Below are positions 1-9,148 of a stretch of 64,000 nucleotides of DNA, piece after piece (position 1 is the first letter of the stretch; each line of letters begins with the position of its first letter). The stretch covers positions 13,079 through 77,078 of the forward strand of contig JBGSPE010000007.1 of the NCBI GenBank assembly GCA_041738755.1, in the 5' to 3' direction. The DNA is from Minisyncoccia bacterium (GTDB lineage Bacteria > Patescibacteriota > Minisyncoccia > Phycocordibacterales > UBA918). The notes beneath the pieces were generated by a model. The model saw nothing but the letters and a program-made list of their open reading frames with translations, searched no databases and was not told the DNA's origin. A program made the translations under genes and the position numbers.

Positions 1-112
1 CACGATACGGCGATACTTGACATTCATGGTGATGGCATCGTTTCTGCCGACGCGAAAGCGAACGGTACCGGTCTCATCGAAGTGAGTGTTCGGTACCGTC
101 CGAACACCTGAT
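1..112 (+). CDS. 3' end of an unidentified CDS running off the window start (partial)
   Basis: Open frame from position 1 to TGA at 110-112 (…[15 protein letters not shown]), followed by a hairpin plus T-tract terminator. Confidence 0.3.
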
Positions 113-141
113 CTTTAAAATCCATACAGTATGTATGGTGG

Positions 142-174
142 GCCTCGCGGCACGTTCGCGAGGCTCTTTTTTTT
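142..174 (+). terminator. rho-independent terminator
   Basis: gcctcgcg/cgcgaggc 8 bp stem, 7 nt loop, followed by tctttttttt. Confidence 0.6.
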
Positions 175-189
175 GCTATACTCACACTC

Positions 190-1062
190 ATGTCAGAGTC
201 TCAACAACGTATCCAAGAAATTGAAGCAGCGATGCTTCAAGCAACCTTCTGGAACGACCCAAAAGCTGCTCAGGCGATGATTAAAGAGCTCCAAGAGCTC
301 AAGGATGCGGCTAGTGGGGTTGGTAAGTATGATCGCAATGACGCAGTCTTTACCATAGTTGCTGGTGCCGGTGGTGACGATGCTGAGGATTTTGCCCGGA
401 TGCTCACGAGTATGTATCAAAGCTATGGCGAGAAGCGGGGTTGGTCTGTGGTTATTATTGATAGTAATACCAACGACCAGAATGGGTATCGCAATATCAC
501 CTTCGTGATTCAAGGGAAGGGAGCATATGGCACATTGCAGCACGAGTCAGGTGTTCATCGTCTGGTTCGTATTTCACCGTTCAATTCAAACGGCAAGCGT
601 CAAACCTCCTTTGTGCTGGTTGAAGTTTCACCAAAGCTTGAGGACGTGTCCGCGGTTGAGCTTAATGAAGATGATTTAGAAATTTCCTTCGCTCGCTCTG
701 GTGGAGCGGGAGGACAAAATGTAAACAAGCGCGAAACTGCCGTCCGCATTGTTCATGTACCGACCAATCTTTCAGTGAATATCTCTTCCGAACGCTCCCA
801 GCAACAAAATCGTGAAAAAGGGCTGGCACTCTTGGCGGGAAAGATCTTTTTGTTCCAGGAAGAACAACGAAAGCGTGAACTACAAGGTTTGTCGCTGGAG
901 AAGAGTGTTAAAATTGAATGGGGGAGTCAGATTCGCTCGTATGTCCTCCATCCGTATCAATTAGTGAAAGACCACCGTACTAATACTGAGGTCCGGGCTA
1001 TTGAGTCCGTCCTTGCTGGAAATATTGAACCATTTATTACTAGTTCACCGTTAGAGCCATAA
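190..1062 (+). CDS. prfB: peptide chain release factor 2, N-terminally short form with no frameshift site
   Basis: GGQ motif ([11 protein letters not shown]) and SPF tripeptide ([14 protein letters not shown]) typical of RF2; 290 aa; ATG 8 nt after a TATACT -10-like box. Confidence 0.85.
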   Translation: MSESQQRIQEIEAAMLQATFWNDPKAAQAMIKELQELKDAASGVGKYDRNDAVFTIVAGAGGDDAEDFARMLTSMYQSYGEKRGWSVVIIDSNTNDQNGYRNITFVIQGKGAYGTLQHESGVHRLVRISPFNSNGKRQTSFVLVEVSPKLEDVSAVELNEDDLEISFARSGGAGGQNVNKRETAVRIVHVPTNLSVNISSERSQQQNREKGLALLAGKIFLFQEEQRKRELQGLSLEKSVKIEWGSQIRSYVLHPYQLVKDHRTNTEVRAIESVLAGNIEPFITSSPLEP

Positions 1063-1144
1063 CATCCTGCTTGTAGCCATGCTGTATTAACGGGGTGTAG
1101 GTTATTGCTTCGGCCCTGAGTAAGGTCATGATATAATTATCGCT

Positions 1145-1828
1145 ATGATTTATTTTGATAACGTTTCTAAGCTGTATAACGACAAACGTTCGGCTGCGTT
1201 GCAAGAAGTTACGTTTCAAGTTGCACCAAAAGAGTTTGTCTCTCTCGTCGGACACTCAGGTGCGGGGAAGACGACACTCCTCAAAATGATTATTGCTGAA
1301 GATCAGCCAACCCACGGGCAGGTCTTTTTTGAGTCACTTGATGTCCATCAGATTCCAAAGTCGAAGTTGCCAAACTACCGCCGCAAGATTGGAACAGTGT
1401 TCCAAGATTTCAAACTCCTCCCCCATAAGACGGCCTTTGAAAACGTAGCCTTTGCTATGGAAGCCAACGGACGAACCGATACCGAGATTATGGAAAACGT
1501 ACCGCAAGCGCTCTCACTCGTAGACCTTGATGATAAAATCTGGAATTTCCCGCATGAGCTTTCAGGTGGTGAGAAGCAACGAGTTGCAATTGCGCGAGCA
1601 ATTGTAAATCAACCAGACATTATTATCGCGGACGAGCCGACCGGAAACCTTGACCCAATTGCCACCTACGAAATTGTGCAAATCCTTCGCAAGATAAATG
1701 ATCTTGGTACCACCGTAATTATGACGACGCACAACAAAGGAGTGGTAGATGAGATTGATAGACGAGTGATTACCATGGATGGCGGAAGGATTGTGAGGGA
1801 TGATACTAAAGGAAAATACATTTTATAA
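1145..1828 (+). CDS. ftsE: cell division ABC ATPase FtsE
   Basis: Walker A GHSGAGKTT, ABC signature LSGGEKQRV, Walker B IIIADEPTGNLD; ~225 aa; immediately upstream of an ftsX-like gene. Confidence 0.85.
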   Translation: MIYFDNVSKLYNDKRSAALQEVTFQVAPKEFVSLVGHSGAGKTTLLKMIIAEDQPTHGQVFFESLDVHQIPKSKLPNYRRKIGTVFQDFKLLPHKTAFENVAFAMEANGRTDTEIMENVPQALSLVDLDDKIWNFPHELSGGEKQRVAIARAIVNQPDIIIADEPTGNLDPIATYEIVQILRKINDLGTTVIMTTHNKGVVDEIDRRVITMDGGRIVRDDTKGKYIL

Positions 1829-1833
1829 TCAAT

Positions 1834-2754
1834 ATGGTAACCAGTTTCAAAAGAGTCATAAAAGCAGGGTTTGTTGGGTTTTGGCGTAATGCCTACGTAT
1901 CCCTCGCCTCTATCTTCGTTCTCACCGTCGCTTTGTTTGTGATTGGCGCCACGATGTTTATCGACCAGCTCCTCACTACGTCACTACAAACCCTGCAGTC
2001 AAAGGTAGACATCAATGTCTACTTCGTCCCAGATGCACCACAAGAACGAATTGATCAGCTGGTGACCGCCCTTGAAGCGTTACCTGACGTGGCTTCAGTA
2101 CAACTCACTTCACGTGAAGACGCTTTGCGAGAATACCGTGAACGAAACCAGGGTGATGAGATTGCTATGCAAGCTCTTGATGAGTTGAGTGAGAACCCGC
2201 TTGGTGCCAATCTCGCTGTCCAAGCTCGTGAGACCTCACAGTACGAGCAAATCGCGCAGTTTCTCGATGAACAGCAAGCGCAAGAAGAACCACAATTACG
2301 CGTGATTGATGAAGTGAACTACACCCGAAACAAAGATTCCATTGATACGCTGACCAACATCATCAATGCCGTTGAGCAAGCGAGCTTCTTGGTGCTCGTC
2401 GTACTCCTCATCTCTGCTGTTTTGATTACGTTCAACACCATTCGTCTCGCTATCTACACTGCTCGTGAGGAAATCGCCATTATGCGCTTGGTGGGAGCCA
2501 GCAACATGTTCATTCGTGGCCCATTCATGCTTCAAGGCTTCATGTATGGATTCCTCTCTGGGTTGCTCGCAATGATTATTTTCTACCCAATCATGATTTG
2601 GATTGGTCCTCGTACCGAAACGTTCTTCGAGCTTAATCTTTTGACCTACTACCTCGATAACTTCTTCGTCATCTTCTTCATCCTCGCTGGAATTGGAATT
2701 GCCCTGGGACTCGTTTCAAGTATCTTAGCCGTTGCTCGGTATCTCAAAACCTAA
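1834..2754 (+). CDS. ftsX: cell division permease-like protein FtsX
   Basis: N-terminal TM helix, large extracellular loop, three C-terminal TM helices; operon partner of ftsE. Confidence 0.8.
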   Translation: MVTSFKRVIKAGFVGFWRNAYVSLASIFVLTVALFVIGATMFIDQLLTTSLQTLQSKVDINVYFVPDAPQERIDQLVTALEALPDVASVQLTSREDALREYRERNQGDEIAMQALDELSENPLGANLAVQARETSQYEQIAQFLDEQQAQEEPQLRVIDEVNYTRNKDSIDTLTNIINAVEQASFLVLVVLLISAVLITFNTIRLAIYTAREEIAIMRLVGASNMFIRGPFMLQGFMYGFLSGLLAMIIFYPIMIWIGPRTETFFELNLLTYYLDNFFVIFFILAGIGIALGLVSSILAVARYLKT

Positions 2755-2766
2755 TTCTTTCTGCCT

Positions 2767-4437
2767 ATGAAAAAATCTGTTCAAAAAAAGACGTCAAAAG
2801 TGGCGCCTTCGACGAAGTATATCTTTGTAGTAGGGGGGGTGATGAGTGGCGTTGGTAAAGGAGTGACTTCTTCATCAATTGCACTACTTCTCCAAGCCAG
2901 AGGACTCAATGTCACAGCTATTAAGATTGACCCATACATCAACGTGGACGCTGGCACCATGAATCCGACCGAACACGGCGAAGTGTTTGTCTTAAAGGAT
3001 GGCCTTGAGACTGACCAGGACATGGGGAACTACGAGCGATTTTTAAATAAAAACTTACCAGCCCTCAACTACATGACAACTGGGAGTGTCTATCTCTCTG
3101 TCATTCAAAAAGAACGTAACCTGGAATACGGTGGCAAGAATGTAGAGGTGGTGCCCGACATCCCGCTTGAAGTGATTCGACGGATTAAAACGGCCGGGAA
3201 GGCGGCTGAAGCAGATGTCGTCTTGATTGAAATTGGCGGAACCGTTGGTGAATACCAAAATGTTCTTTTCCTTGAAGCGGTTCGTATGATGAAAACAGAT
3301 GAGCCAGAAAATGTGGCCGTCGTGATGGTGAGCTACTTGCCGGTACCAGGATCAATTGGTGAGATGAAGACCAAGCCCACCCAGACAGCGGTCCGGACGC
3401 TTAACAGTGCCGGAGTATTTGCCGACATGATTGTGGCTCGTAGTCCGGTTGGCGTCGACCAAAAGCGCAAAGAAAAGATTGCTAAGTTTTGTAACGTACG
3501 GGCGGAAAATGTTATTTCTGCGCCTGATGTTTTAAGTATTTACGATATTCCAGTCAACTACGAACATGACAAGCTCTCGCTTCGTCTCTGTGAATTGCTT
3601 GGTCTTTCAACCAAGAAGCCAGCTGACTTAAGTGCGTGGAAAAAATTTGTCACTCGCTCAAAGAATGATAGTTCACCAGTTAAGATTGCGGTTGTAGGAA
3701 AGTACTTCAGTTCAGGAGATTTTATTCTCTCTGACGTGTACCTTTCAGTGCTTGAAGCTATCAAGTATTCAGCTTACTCGCTTAACCTCAAACCAGAGAT
3801 TACCTACTTCTCAGCCCAAGACTTTACTGACAAAACAAAGCTCAAAGACCTCAAGAAATTTGATGGCGTACTCATACCAGGTGGGTTTGGAAAGACGGGG
3901 ATCGAAGGTAAGCTCAATGTGATTGAGTACGCCCGGAAGCAAAAGATTCCGTACTTCGGGATTTGCTATGGAATGCAGTTGGCGGTTCTTGAATATGCTC
4001 GTAATGTCATGAAGCTCACTGATGCGAGTACTGAAGAAATCAATCCGAAAGCCAAGGACTTGGTGATTGGCGTCATGCCAGAGCAACGAGAGAAAATTGC
4101 GCAAAAAGATATGGGGGGCTCAATGCGTCTTGGAGAATATGAAGCAAAACTCAAAAAGGGCAGTTTAGCTCAAAAGGTATATAAAGCGACTGATATCGTG
4201 GAGCGTCACCGTCACCGCTACGAGGTCAATCCAGACTACATTGAAGCTATTGAAGCAGCTGGACTTATGTTCACCGGTACCTCACCAGACGGACGACTGA
4301 TGGAAATTGCTGAGTTGCCAACGAATGTACATCCATTTTTCCTTGGTGTGCAGTTCCATCCAGAACTCACTGCGAGACCGCTTGCACCACATCCACTTTT
4401 TACGGCTTTTGTGAAAGCAGCCTACGAGTCCAAGTAG
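2767..4437 (+). CDS. pyrG: CTP synthase
   Basis: N-terminal GVMSGVGKGVTSSS synthase-domain motif, C-terminal glutamine amidotransferase (GICYGMQ, HRHRYEVN); 556 aa. Confidence 0.9.
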   Translation: MKKSVQKKTSKVAPSTKYIFVVGGVMSGVGKGVTSSSIALLLQARGLNVTAIKIDPYINVDAGTMNPTEHGEVFVLKDGLETDQDMGNYERFLNKNLPALNYMTTGSVYLSVIQKERNLEYGGKNVEVVPDIPLEVIRRIKTAGKAAEADVVLIEIGGTVGEYQNVLFLEAVRMMKTDEPENVAVVMVSYLPVPGSIGEMKTKPTQTAVRTLNSAGVFADMIVARSPVGVDQKRKEKIAKFCNVRAENVISAPDVLSIYDIPVNYEHDKLSLRLCELLGLSTKKPADLSAWKKFVTRSKNDSSPVKIAVVGKYFSSGDFILSDVYLSVLEAIKYSAYSLNLKPEITYFSAQDFTDKTKLKDLKKFDGVLIPGGFGKTGIEGKLNVIEYARKQKIPYFGICYGMQLAVLEYARNVMKLTDASTEEINPKAKDLVIGVMPEQREKIAQKDMGGSMRLGEYEAKLKKGSLAQKVYKATDIVERHRHRYEVNPDYIEAIEAAGLMFTGTSPDGRLMEIAELPTNVHPFFLGVQFHPELTARPLAPHPLFTAFVKAAYESK

Positions 4438-4494
4438 GGTAGAAGGGGGGTTCAAAGTATCAGAACTTTATGGTAGTCTAGTGGGCGCGTGACT

Positions 4495-4523
4495 TTGTCA
4501 TTTGCAAACAGCGAACAAACAAT
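4495..4523 (+). promoter_or_regulatory. putative sigma70-like promoter of tRNA-Gln (TTGTCA -35, 17 nt spacer, AACAAT -10)
   Basis: Hexamer spacing places the transcription start at about 4530, coinciding with the tRNA 5' end. Confidence 0.35.
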
Positions 4524-4530
4524 AGAATAA

Positions 4531-4601
4531 TGGCGGATCGTCTAATGGTAGGACTACGGTTTTTGGTGCCGTCTATCGGGGTTCGAGTCCCTGTCCGCCA
4601 G
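4531..4601 (+). tRNA. tRNA-Gln (anticodon TTG)
   Basis: Hand-folded cloverleaf: acceptor TGGCGGA/TCCGCCA with the U1:A72 pair typical of bacterial tRNA-Gln, D-arm GTCT..GGAC, anticodon stem ACGGT/GCCGT with loop TTTTGGT, T-arm CGGGG TTCGAGT CCCTG, discriminator G; CCA not encoded. Confidence 0.85.
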
Positions 4602-4678
4602 CACGTTATTTGAGGCTTATTTTCCAATCTAAAATTTAATACCGCTGCCTTACTTTGGAACTTTGGTATAATTTATAT

Positions 4679-5011
4679 ATGAAAGATCTAGAGGAATACA
4701 GAAAAATTAATCTTGCAGTGCGTGAAGATGGAACCTGGTCTGGGGTGAGCAGATGTCTTAGCAAGAAAGATATAGATTCTGAAAAAGTATTTATCGCTTC
4801 TAATTTTGGTGAAGACGGCACAATGGATTATTGGGCAATAATCACACATGATAAAAAAGTGTATGAATTTTATTATTACTGGAGTCCTGACAAAACCTGT
4901 ACTGAAGGTGAAATAACCGAATGGCATGATTATACGAACTCACCTGAAAAGATCTATATGTATGAAGAAGTCAAATTTATTTTGGATAACTTTGACTCAA
5001 TCGTACTATAA
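4679..5011 (+). CDS. hypothetical protein (AT-rich orphan gene next to tRNA-Gln)
   Basis: 110-aa ORF (MKDLEEYRK…), Y/W-rich, no motif recognised; lower GC than neighbours; ATG 8 nt after a TATAAT box. Confidence 0.5.
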   Translation: MKDLEEYRKINLAVREDGTWSGVSRCLSKKDIDSEKVFIASNFGEDGTMDYWAIITHDKKVYEFYYYWSPDKTCTEGEITEWHDYTNSPEKIYMYEEVKFILDNFDSIVL

Positions 5012-5261
5012 AAAAGTTCCAACTTCGTACCATACGGCCAGCAAACAAAAACCACCCCAAAATGAGGTGGGTGTCTGGCCTACTAGAGCGTGCACCTGCC
5101 AGGAGATGTAGAGGCTTGTTTCGGAGCAGACAGATTAATTATACCTAAGAGACCTAAATAATCAAAAAACACTTCCAATATCGTTCCAGACCCCCAGCTA
5201 CGAAAAAAGCGTTTGATGTTAGATTATTGTATACTTAGGTAATACGTTTTAAATAAATACT

Positions 5262-5828
5262 ATGTACTCACTCCTATTTCTTAGTCCACTCGGCACGCTC
5301 AACCTACTCCTTTCGCTGGGTGGTTTGGCTTTGCTTGGAGTGACTGTTGTTTTGGCAGTTGATTATCTGCGGTACGAGAGTCGTTTGTATGCGCGATTTA
5401 TAAAGCCATACGTTGAAGCGATTATCATTGGTACCACAGTAGGGAGTGTGGTGATGACACTGGTGTACTCAGAATACTTTGGTTTTATTCCATGTTCGCT
5501 TTGTTGGTTGCAGCGTGTGGCTCTGTACCCTCAAGCACTCATGAGTATCATAGCTGTAAAAACAAAAGATACGCTCTACTATCCGCTCTATGGAATTGGT
5601 CTCTCAATCTTTGGTTTCATTGTGGCTGTCTATCATTACATCTACCAAATGGTACCGGCTGACGTATTGGCTTCTGGCGGACTACCATGTCTCGCTGATG
5701 GGAGCGCTGACTGTGCCAGTAAGGTGATGAACACCTTTGGCTTTGTGACGTTTCCACTCCTTTCAGCTATTACCTTTTTATTTTTGATTGTCCTGTATTT
5801 GAATATTCGTCGGAGTAATACAAAATAG
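5262..5828 (+). CDS. disulfide bond formation protein, DsbB/BdbC family
   Basis: 4 TM helices; first loop PCSLCWLQRVALYP resembles BdbC PCVLCWYQRIFMYP; second Cys pair PCLADGSADC. Confidence 0.7.
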   Translation: MYSLLFLSPLGTLNLLLSLGGLALLGVTVVLAVDYLRYESRLYARFIKPYVEAIIIGTTVGSVVMTLVYSEYFGFIPCSLCWLQRVALYPQALMSIIAVKTKDTLYYPLYGIGLSIFGFIVAVYHYIYQMVPADVLASGGLPCLADGSADCASKVMNTFGFVTFPLLSAITFLFLIVLYLNIRRSNTK

Positions 5829-5832
5829 TGAA

Positions 5833-5862
5833 AACCGCCGGGCCCAAGGGTCCGGCGGTTTT
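5833..5862 (+). terminator. rho-independent terminator
   Basis: ccgccgggccc/gggtccggcgg stem followed by tttt. Confidence 0.65.
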
Positions 5863-5921
5863 ATAGAGTAGTGAAACTATTCAGGTTTATTTTGATACGC
5901 AATGCGGTAGAATACTCTGCA

Positions 5922-7046
5922 ATGGTTACTCCACGGTACGAATATTCGAAAGCAGTATTACTTGAACGAGCGCAACTACTCATGAACCTCACAGCGCCGT
6001 ATGGGTTGACAGTACGCTACGCCGTAAAAGCAAATCCTCATAAAGATATCGTCGCTTTGCTCCACGATACTGGAATGGAGTTTGATGCAAGTTCGAGTTA
6101 TGAAGCCGCTGATCTGTTGGCGCTAGGTATACCGGGTAGTCATATCTCACTATCGTCACAACAATCGCCACATAACCTAAACGAATTACTCGCAGCTGGT
6201 GTGCACTTTGTGGCGACATCCTTCAAGCAGCTTGAACTATTTCTTGCGTGTCCCCATCGACCACATACGGTAGCGGTGCGAATTAATCCACCTGTTGGTC
6301 ATGGTCACAATAATCGAACCAGTACCGGTGGGACAAATTCAAGTTTTGGAATTTGGCACGAATATATTGGGGAGATACTGACTCGGGTTGAAGCCGCTCA
6401 GGTAGAAATAGACAAGGTTCATATCCATATTGGTTCTGGAGCTGACCCAAAGGTGTGGGGGGAAGTGATGGATATTTCACTTGGTATTTTAGAACAGATA
6501 GAAACAGCTACGATTTTGGACATTGGTGGCGGGTACAAAGTTCACCGGTATGGAAATGAGAAAGAAGCTGATATTAATGCAATCATGAATCTCTTCAGTG
6601 CAAAGTTGGAAGCATTTTATAAAAAGACCGGCAGAAAGATTGCTCTTGAAATTGAACCCGGGACATTTGTGGTAGCTGGGGCGGGAACGCTTATTGCGAC
6701 GGTCGATGATATTGTCGATACAGGTAAAGAAGGGTATCAATTTTTGCGATTGAATACCGGGATGAATGATTTCTTACGGAGTAGTCTCTATGGTGCGCAG
6801 CACGGAATAGAGGTAGTAAATAATTCAGAAGAAACTGACACGTACGTGGTAGTAGGGCATAACTGCGAGTCAGGAGATATTTTGACCCCGGGTCCTGGCG
6901 ACCCAGAAGAAATTCTTCCACGAACATTTAAAAAAGCTACCATTGGAGATGAGGTGAGAATATATGATACGGGGGCATATTGTGCCAGTATGCGGGCTAA
7001 AGGATACAACTCGTTTCCTGATGCGGTAGAGGTGGTTGTTGAATAA
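5922..7046 (+). CDS. PLP-dependent decarboxylase, Orn/DAP/Arg decarboxylase fold (diaminopimelate- or carboxynorspermidine-decarboxylase-like)
   Basis: YAVKANPH PLP-lysine motif, EIEPG motif, C-terminal CESGD motif; start moved to the internal ATG (MVTPRY) because the upstream terminator ends at 5862. Confidence 0.7.
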   Translation: MVTPRYEYSKAVLLERAQLLMNLTAPYGLTVRYAVKANPHKDIVALLHDTGMEFDASSSYEAADLLALGIPGSHISLSSQQSPHNLNELLAAGVHFVATSFKQLELFLACPHRPHTVAVRINPPVGHGHNNRTSTGGTNSSFGIWHEYIGEILTRVEAAQVEIDKVHIHIGSGADPKVWGEVMDISLGILEQIETATILDIGGGYKVHRYGNEKEADINAIMNLFSAKLEAFYKKTGRKIALEIEPGTFVVAGAGTLIATVDDIVDTGKEGYQFLRLNTGMNDFLRSSLYGAQHGIEVVNNSEETDTYVVVGHNCESGDILTPGPGDPEEILPRTFKKATIGDEVRIYDTGAYCASMRAKGYNSFPDAVEVVVE

Positions 7047-7094
7047 ATTTTGAAATAAAGGAAATTATTCCAATAAATTGGTATACTTTCTGTA

Positions 7095-7616
7095 ATGAAA
7101 ACGTTTTTAGGAGGGTTGCTTGTCGTAATTGCGGCTGTGTCGATAGGGATATATACCTTTTCAACGTTTGTGTACGATAGAGATACTGACACTGAGCCAG
7201 TGGTACTTGATGAGGGGTTGGAGATGGAAAACCTACCCGCTGCCAATCAGGTACCGTCTGATGTCATGGCGCAGATTGCTGCTAAAAGTGAGTTGATTTT
7301 GGTTCGAAACCCTACACCACTTTCGGTAGTTTCTAGTCCGCTTCAGGTGAGTGGCATGGCCCGTGGGCAGTGGTACTTCGAAGGGTCCTTTCCGGTTACG
7401 GTGACTGATTGGGACGGCTTGATTATTGGTGAAGGATTTGTGACGGCACAGGCAGATTGGATGACTACAGAATTTGTACCTTTTACTGGTGAAATTACGT
7501 TTACGGTTCCTCCTGAGACGCCCTACAAGCGAGGTATTATTATCTTTCAAAAAGATAATCCATCTGGTCTGTCACAGAACGATGATGCGCTGGAGATACC
7601 AGTGAACTTTGAGTAA
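7095..7616 (+). CDS. membrane-anchored Gmad2/GerM-like immunoglobulin-like domain protein
   Basis: N-terminal TM; C-terminal GQWYFEGSFPVTVTDWDGLIIGEGFVTAQADWMTTEFVPF matches the Gmad2 Ig-like domain pattern. Confidence 0.6.
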   Translation: MKTFLGGLLVVIAAVSIGIYTFSTFVYDRDTDTEPVVLDEGLEMENLPAANQVPSDVMAQIAAKSELILVRNPTPLSVVSSPLQVSGMARGQWYFEGSFPVTVTDWDGLIIGEGFVTAQADWMTTEFVPFTGEITFTVPPETPYKRGIIIFQKDNPSGLSQNDDALEIPVNFE

Positions 7617-7696
7617 CCACCAACACCGTCCAATGGAGTGTCTAGTCGGCTTGACATTTGAGTTCTAAAATGTCACAATGGCCTTATATCACTACT

Positions 7697-7909
7697 ATGA
7701 AAGAAAGCATTGCAAATACAGTACAAGAGCTACGCATAAACGCGACAATGACCCAGGAAGAATTGGCTTCGTCTGTTGGTGTGAGTCGGCAGACTATTAT
7801 TGCTGTCGAAAAAGGGAATTACACCCCATCAGTTTTGTTGGCAATTAAAATAGCGGAAATATTTAAACAACCAGTCGAAAAAATATTCACCATTACGTAT
7901 GAAAAATAA
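7697..7909 (+). CDS. XRE-family helix-turn-helix transcriptional regulator
   Basis: TQEELASSVGVSRQTIIAVEKG…PSVLLAIKIAEIF is a canonical Cro/C1 HTH; ORF as listed starts at 7658, the internal ATG at 7697 is preferred. Confidence 0.8.
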   Translation: MKESIANTVQELRINATMTQEELASSVGVSRQTIIAVEKGNYTPSVLLAIKIAEIFKQPVEKIFTITYEK

Positions 7910-8264
7910 TCTTACACACATTGTTCTGGCTCTTGCTTTAGTAATACTGCTGGTCCTTTTGACTGATCCGTTTATGTACTTTATGCCGCCAACAGCTGCG
8001 TTGGTTGCGCTCCTAATAATTATTGTCTTGGTTGGAGTATGGACAGGGTCAATTTTGCGGGAAGCACCTGGTGATGAGCGAGCAATCATTCATAGCATGA
8101 ATGCAGGGCGGGTAGCGTATCTCTCTGGTGCAATTGTGCTGACAGCAGCGGTTGTCTACCAAGGCTTGGTCCATCATATGGTGGATACAGAAGTCGCTCT
8201 AGCGCTTGGAGTGATGGTGGTGGCTAAGATTGCTGCTCAGCTCTATTTTGAAAAGTATCGATAA
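7899..8264 (+). CDS. small membrane protein partnered with the XRE regulator (DUF2178-like)
   Basis: 121 aa, 3-4 predicted TM helices, overlaps the regulator stop. Confidence 0.55.
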   Translation: MKNNLTHIVLALALVILLVLLTDPFMYFMPPTAALVALLIIIVLVGVWTGSILREAPGDERAIIHSMNAGRVAYLSGAIVLTAAVVYQGLVHHMVDTEVALALGVMVVAKIAAQLYFEKYR

Positions 8265-8283
8265 CACTGTCTCGTGTAAGGAC

Positions 8284-8312
8284 AAAAAGTGAGCATTTGC
8301 TCACTTTTTTGT
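8284..8312 (+). terminator. rho-independent terminator
   Basis: aaaagtgagca/tgctcactttt stem followed by a T-tract. Confidence 0.7.
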
Positions 8313-8409
8313 TATTTTATTGGTTAAGAGTAAACCTGCGGTAGTGTAAATCACAGTTCTTCACTGCTGTCGGTATTTTGCGTCTTCGAGTACGCTATGA
8401 TTAAGGGGT

Positions 8410-8607
8410 ATGGATACACAAATCCTTTACAGTGAAGTCGAATACGCTCGAGTCAAATGGTACCTCGTTAGTAGCGGGAAAGATGGTACGATTGATGATG
8501 TCTTATCAGTCATCCGCCAGGGCTATACCAAAGCTGCTCAAATCCAGGCCCGGCTGCACCAAGAAGGCATTCTTGATCTCAATGAAATTCGGGAGTTTGA
8601 TGAATAA
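8410..8607 (+). CDS. small standalone winged-helix protein resembling the FtsK gamma domain
   Basis: 65 aa; KDGTIDDVLSVIRQGYTKAAQIQARLHQEGIL resembles the FtsK gamma consensus (…SVSLLQRRLRIGYNRAARLIEQME.EGIV); followed by a terminator. Confidence 0.5.
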   Translation: MDTQILYSEVEYARVKWYLVSSGKDGTIDDVLSVIRQGYTKAAQIQARLHQEGILDLNEIREFDE

Positions 8608-8614
8608 ATACTTT

Positions 8615-8644
8615 AAAGCCGGTGCATAATGCACCGGCTTTCTG
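8615..8644. terminator. bidirectional hairpin terminator
   Basis: aaagccggtgca taa tgcaccggcttt perfect stem with A/T tracts on both sides. Confidence 0.7.
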
Positions 8645-8651
8645 TCTTCGT

Positions 8652-8861
8652 TCAGACGCACCGTCGTTTACTATTTTTGGCAGTACATTGCCGGCCAGGC
8701 GCTTTGGCTGGCATGACACTATAGTCATTACTGCTTATTTGTACGCGCGGTGTCATAAATCGTTGCTTATACGTGGGAAGCACTGTAACAACAAAGACGT
8801 AGTATGTTATTACTGCCAGGGCCAGACACCACCAGACACCAAATTTTCGAAACCAGGCCAT
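8652..8861 (-). CDS. small membrane protein (69 aa) with a strong Shine-Dalgarno site
   Basis: Minus strand aaggaggagaaatATG; MAWFRKFGVWWCLALAVITYYVFVVTVLPTYKQ… single TM helix; ends at the bidirectional terminator. Confidence 0.4.
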   Translation of the reverse strand: MAWFRKFGVWWCLALAVITYYVFVVTVLPTYKQRFMTPRVQISSNDYSVMPAKAPGRQCTAKNSKRRCV

Positions 8862-8989
8862 ATTTCTCCTCCTTCTTGTCTCCTTAAAAAACACTCTCAA
8901 ACCTCACTATCTTCTAAAACTTATTGGATGTCAAATAATTATTGTATAAATCCTGTGTACTATATTTATAATTACACCGTAGTAAGAGA

Positions 8990-9048
8990 AGTAATTAAAC
9001 ACATGTTATGATTAAACAAGCAGTAGTCGCTGGAGGATGCTTCTGGGG
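8990..9048 (+). repeat. direct repeat copy A: duplicated msrA ribosome-binding region plus first 14 codons
   Basis: aggtaat(t/a)aaaca…ATGATTAAACAAGCAGTAGTCGCTGGAGGATGCTTCTGGGGT; the 42-nt ATG-containing core is identical to 9164-9205. Confidence 0.9.
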
Positions 9049-9148
9049 TGAGAAAGCGTGGGACGCTTTCGCAAGACCTTGCCAACTAGTTTCGAGCTTG
9101 CGAGAAAATAGTGACAAGGTGTACAGTTCCTGTAAGGAATAAGAGAGG

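Noticed and set aside
193-543. 116-aa minus-strand ORF inside prfB
   Set aside because: Antisense shadow of the well-supported RF2 gene.
8622-9011. 129-aa + strand ORF downstream of the FtsK-gamma-like gene
   Set aside because: It has Cys/Tyr/Asn-rich odd composition and starts inside a terminator. The minus-strand 69-aa ORF with a strong SD (8652-8861) explains the region better.
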